Below, in pieces: positions 60,563-64,000 of a stretch of DNA of 64,000 nt (the first letter of the stretch is position 1; every line of letters begins with the position of its first letter). Position numbers and translations under genes: made by a program. Source of the DNA: Bifidobacterium breve (GTDB lineage: Bacteria; Cyanobacteriota; Cyanobacteriia; PCC-6307; Cyanobiaceae); NCBI GenBank assembly GCA_943325005.2, contig CALPNT020000001.1, positions 5,132-69,131 of the forward strand. The letters are read 5' to 3'. A model generated the notes under the pieces. The model did not search any database. It was given only the letters and a program-made list of their open reading frames with translations, and was not told the origin of the DNA.

Positions 60563-61546
60563 TCAAGGGCCGATCCCACCCCAGCCGTCGCTGAGAGATT
60601 CAGGCTCAACTTCGCTGGCAAACACCTGGCCGATGTGGCGATCACCGCGGGCGCTGGCCAGACTCACCTGGCGCTGGCGTTCGGCGAAACGGGCACGATC
60701 GCCCGCCCCCCTCTCCCCCTGGCAATGGGAGCAGGACACCCCGGACACGTAGCTGGGGTGAGCCCGATCAGCCGGCGAGAGGGGCATGCGGCAGCCATGG
60801 CAGAGGCTGTGCGCGCCGGGTTCAAGTCGATGGTTCAGCGCCACGCGCTGATCAAACACGAAACAGTCACCATGCCAGGTGCTGTCGGCCTCAGGCACCT
60901 CCTCCAGGTAGCGCAGGATGCCGCCCTGCAGCTGGTGAACGCCCTCAAATCCCTGCTGCTGCAACCAGGCCGTGGCCTTCTCGCAACGGATGCCCCCGGT
61001 GCAGAACAGGGCCAGGGCAACGGGCTGGGTGCGCTCCACCAGCGGCCGCAACTGGTCCTCCACCCAGGCGGGGAACTCACTGAAGTGGGCGGTACCGGGA
61101 TCCATCGCGCCCTCGAAACTTCCCACCGCCACCTCATAAGCATTGCGGGTATCAATCACCAGGGTGGCTGGATCCCGGATCAGGGCATTCCAGTCGGCGG
61201 CCGGCACATAGGTGCCCACGGGAGCCTGAGTACCCACCTGCAGCTCCGGGCGACCGAGGGTCACGATCTCGCGCTTGATCCGCACCTTGAAGCGATGGAA
61301 CACCGGCTCAGCTGCCTCGCTGTGCTTCAGCTCCAGCGAGGCCAGGCGGGGATCGGAGCGCAGCAGTGCCACCAGGGCCTCCACGGCGTGCCGATCGCCA
61401 CTCACGGTGCCGTTGATGCCCTCCGCAGCCAACAGCACCGTGCCACGCAGATCGACCACCTGGCCCAGGGCCAGCAGTCGCTGCCGCCAGTGGGGCAGCT
61501 CCTCCAGCGCCAAGGGCACGAAGCGATAAAAGCTGACAACCCTCAT
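60563..61546 (-). CDS. trhO: Rhodanese-domain tRNA hydroxylase (UPF0176)
   Basis: EGINGT, IDTRNAYE, FCTGGIRCEKA, GGILRYLE, CFVFDQR. Confidence 0.9.
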   Translation of the reverse strand: MRVVSFYRFVPLALEELPHWRQRLLALGQVVDLRGTVLLAAEGINGTVSGDRHAVEALVALLRSDPRLASLELKHSEAAEPVFHRFKVRIKREIVTLGRPELQVGTQAPVGTYVPAADWNALIRDPATLVIDTRNAYEVAVGSFEGAMDPGTAHFSEFPAWVEDQLRPLVERTQPVALALFCTGGIRCEKATAWLQQQGFEGVHQLQGGILRYLEEVPEADSTWHGDCFVFDQRVALNHRLEPGAHSLCHGCRMPLSPADRAHPSYVSGVSCSHCQGERGAGDRARFAERQRQVSLASARGDRHIGQVFASEVEPESLSDGWGGIGP

Positions 61547-61552
61547 GGCCGC

Positions 61553-62542
61553 TCAGCCCCGGGCGGCCGTAGGCGCCTGGCCGGTGGCCCCGGCGGACGC
61601 CTCCAACCGCACGCCGGCGGCCGCCAACAGAGCCCGATCGGCAAGCACGTCCGGGTTGCCGGTGGTGAGCAGGGTGTCGCCGTAAAAGATGGAATCGGCC
61701 CCGGCCAGCAGGCAGAGAATCTGGGCTTCGCGGTTCAGCTGCTGGCGGCCGGCACTGAGTCGCACCCGGCTATGGGGCATGAGGATGCGGGCGGTGGCCA
61801 CCATGCGCACCAGCTCGAGCGGATCCACCGGCGGCAGATCTTCAAGCGGTGTGCCCTCCACCGCCACCAGGGCGTTGATCGGCACGCTCTCGGGGTGGGG
61901 ATCAAGCGTGGCCAGCACCTGCAGCAGGCCAGCCCGGTCGATGCTGCTCTCCCCCATGCCGATGATGCCGCCACAGCAGAGCGTGATGCCGGCGGCACGC
62001 ACTCGGCTGAGCGTTTCCAACCGTTCGGCGTAGGTACGGGTGCTGATGATCCGGTCGTAGTGCTCAGGACTGGTGTCGAGATTGTGGTTGTAGGCGGTGA
62101 GACCGGCCTCGGCCAGCCGCTGGGCTTGGTGGTCGCTGAGCATGCCGGCAGTGACACAGGCCTCCAGCCCTAGCTCCCGCACGCCCCGCACCATGGCAAG
62201 CATGGCTTCGAAGGGAGCGCCATCGCGGATTTCACGCCAGGCCCAACCCATGCAGAAGCGATGGGCGCCGGCCTCCCTGGCAGCCCGGGCCCGCGCCAGT
62301 ACGGGCCCCACCTCGAGCTCCGGCCGGCCGCTGACATCGGCGCTGTGGTGCATCGACTGGGGGCAGTAGGCGCAGTCCTCCTCGCAGCCCCCCGTCTTGA
62401 CGCTGAGCAAGGAGGCCAACTGCACGTGATAGCCAGGGTTCGCCGATCGATGCACCTGCTGGGCCTGCCAGAGCAGATCCATCAGAGGCTGAGCGAGCAG
62501 GGCCTGGATCTCCGATCGAGACCAGTCGTGACGGGTGATCAT
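61553..62542 (-). CDS. bioB: Biotin synthase
   Basis: [15 protein letters not shown] radical-SAM motif, YNHNLDT, ESVPIN, VRLSAGR. Confidence 0.97.
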   Translation of the reverse strand: MITRHDWSRSEIQALLAQPLMDLLWQAQQVHRSANPGYHVQLASLLSVKTGGCEEDCAYCPQSMHHSADVSGRPELEVGPVLARARAAREAGAHRFCMGWAWREIRDGAPFEAMLAMVRGVRELGLEACVTAGMLSDHQAQRLAEAGLTAYNHNLDTSPEHYDRIISTRTYAERLETLSRVRAAGITLCCGGIIGMGESSIDRAGLLQVLATLDPHPESVPINALVAVEGTPLEDLPPVDPLELVRMVATARILMPHSRVRLSAGRQQLNREAQILCLLAGADSIFYGDTLLTTGNPDVLADRALLAAAGVRLEASAGATGQAPTAARG

Positions 62543-63315
62543 GAGGCTGCGGTGATGCCGCCGAAACGACGGGTGCGGCCCTGGTAGTCCAGCAGGGCGG
62601 CGAGCAGGGCGGCCTGGTCGAAGTCCGGCCAGAGCACCTCGGTGATGTGGAGCTCGGCGTAGGCCAGTTGCCAGAGCAGGAAATTACTGATGCGCTGCTC
62701 GCCGCTGGTGCGGATCAACAGGTCGGGATCCACCTCACCGGCGGTGAACAGTTCATCGGCAAACAGGGCCTCATCGATGGTGGCGGCATCCAGCTCACCG
62801 GCGGCAGCCCGCTGGGCCAGGCGCCGGGCCGCACGCACCAGCTCTCGACGGCCGCCGTAGTTGGTGCAGACATTGAAGTGAATGCCGTCGTTGACGGCGG
62901 TACGGGCGGTGGCGGCAGCGATCAGATCCTGCAGGCGGCTGGGCAGGGCTTCAAGATCGCCGAGGAAGCGAATCCGCACCTGCTCCCGTTCCAGGGCCTC
63001 CAGCTCCCGAGCCAGCACGCTCTCGAACAGCGTCATCAGAAAGGTGACCTCCTCGCCCGGACGGGTCCAGTTCTCGGTGGAGAAGGCATAGGCGGTGAGC
63101 GCACCGATGCCCCAGTCGCTGCAGAGCCGCAAGGTGCGCTTGAGGGCCTCCACGCCAGCGCGATGGCCCATCACCCTGGGCAGGCCGCGCTGCCGGGCCC
63201 AGCGGCCGTTGCCATCCATGATCAACGCCACATGGGCAGGCAACCTTGTCCCATCGAGCTGCGAGGGCAAAGGCTGGGGGGGGGTGCTGGGGGTGGTCGC
63301 CAAGGCGCGACTCAT
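62539..63315 (-). CDS. uppS: Undecaprenyl diphosphate synthase
   Basis: [33 protein letters not shown]. Confidence 0.96.
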   Translation of the reverse strand: MSRALATTPSTPPQPLPSQLDGTRLPAHVALIMDGNGRWARQRGLPRVMGHRAGVEALKRTLRLCSDWGIGALTAYAFSTENWTRPGEEVTFLMTLFESVLARELEALEREQVRIRFLGDLEALPSRLQDLIAAATARTAVNDGIHFNVCTNYGGRRELVRAARRLAQRAAAGELDAATIDEALFADELFTAGEVDPDLLIRTSGEQRISNFLLWQLAYAELHITEVLWPDFDQAALLAALLDYQGRTRRFGGITAAS

Positions 63316-64000
63316 CCGCGGGCTTCCGGCGGGTCCGGTGCCAGGCTACGCCCAGGCGGCACCGCGGCCAGGCTATCGGTGAGCAGGTCGTGAAGGCGAC
63401 TGCTGGTGATCGGTCGCTCCAGCCGGCCCTGGCGGGCCAGCGACAAGGTGCCCGTTTCTTCGGACACCACAATGCATAGACAGCGAGCGTGGCGTTCGGT
63501 GAGCCCCAGGGCGGCCAAATGGCGGGTGCCGTAGCGGTTGAGGCCCTGGCGCGAGAGGGGCAGGATCACACCGGCAGCAGCGATGCGGTTGTGCTGCACC
63601 AGCACGGCTCCATCGTGCAGGGGCGTGTCGGCGGCGAACAGGTTGAGCACCAGGTCCACCGAGAGCTGGGCATCAACGGGGATGCCCGGGTTGAGGAAAT
63701 CCTCCGGGCGCAGATCGCTGCCCAGATCGAGCACGATCAAGCCGCCGCGACGGGCCTGGGAGAGACGACCGGCCACCTCGGTGAGGATGCTCACTGAACC
63801 AGAGGCCAGCTGGTCCCGGCTGCGGTCAGCGAACAGCACGCCGAAGCGCCCTGTACCCAGTAGCTCCATCAGCCGCCGCAGCTCCCCTTGCCAGAGAATG
63901 GCCAGGGCCATGCTGCAAGCCAGCACCAGGGCATCCACCAACTTGCTGGTCAGGGGCAGATTGGCGTAACGCTGCACCACCCAGGCGAGAGCCACCAGAA
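63312..64000 (-). CDS. cdaA: Diadenylate cyclase (5' end beyond window)
   Basis: PLHDGAV, GTRHLAA, VVSEETG; upstream of uppS. Confidence 0.92.
   Translation of the reverse strand, partial: LVALAWVVQRYANLPLTSKLVDALVLACSMALAILWQGELRRLMELLGTGRFGVLFADRSRDQLASGSVSILTEVAGRLSQARRGGLIVLDLGSDLRPEDFLNPGIPVDAQLSVDLVLNLFAADTPLHDGAVLVQHNRIAAAGVILPLSRQGLNRYGTRHLAALGLTERHARCLCIVVSEETGTLSLARQGRLERPITSSRLHDLLTDSLAAVPPGRSLAPDPPEARG

Overview
GC-rich picocyanobacterial (Cyanobium/Synechococcus-like) chromosome segment that is mostly conserved core genome: devBCA-type ABC exporter, pcyA, an M16 peptidase pair, sipA, bioY-lspA-FHA/PBP1A-DUF697 GTPase, PLP decarboxylase, tadA, alanine-glyoxylate aminotransferase, apcF, glnA (with NtcA-type promoter and terminator), gun4, psb28, secDF, pdhB, ispE, rsmA, CDF and TMEM165 metal transporters, umuDC (with LexA-type box), dnaG, ruvA, rpsO, unsplit dnaE, gatA, rlmB, mini-RNase III, STAS protein, carA, trpD, ABC transporter, msrA, tRNA-Pro(GGG), rhodanese, bioB, uppS and partial cdaA. 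I see no CRISPR array, prophage, intact transposase or defence system, and I cannot support a large novel system. The best leads are small: a candidate terminator-bearing sRNA with a 21-bp palindromic repeat array and a Trp-codon cluster upstream of trpD; two microproteins missed by the ORF track (31 aa and 55 aa); a degenerate GAF-GGDEF protein; decayed IS630 and IS66 remnants after tRNA-Pro; an unusual GATC/AAATC repeat gradient; non-canonical start candidates; and several structured intergenic regions. Product calls rest on my motif recognition, not database searches, and many start codons are best guesses.
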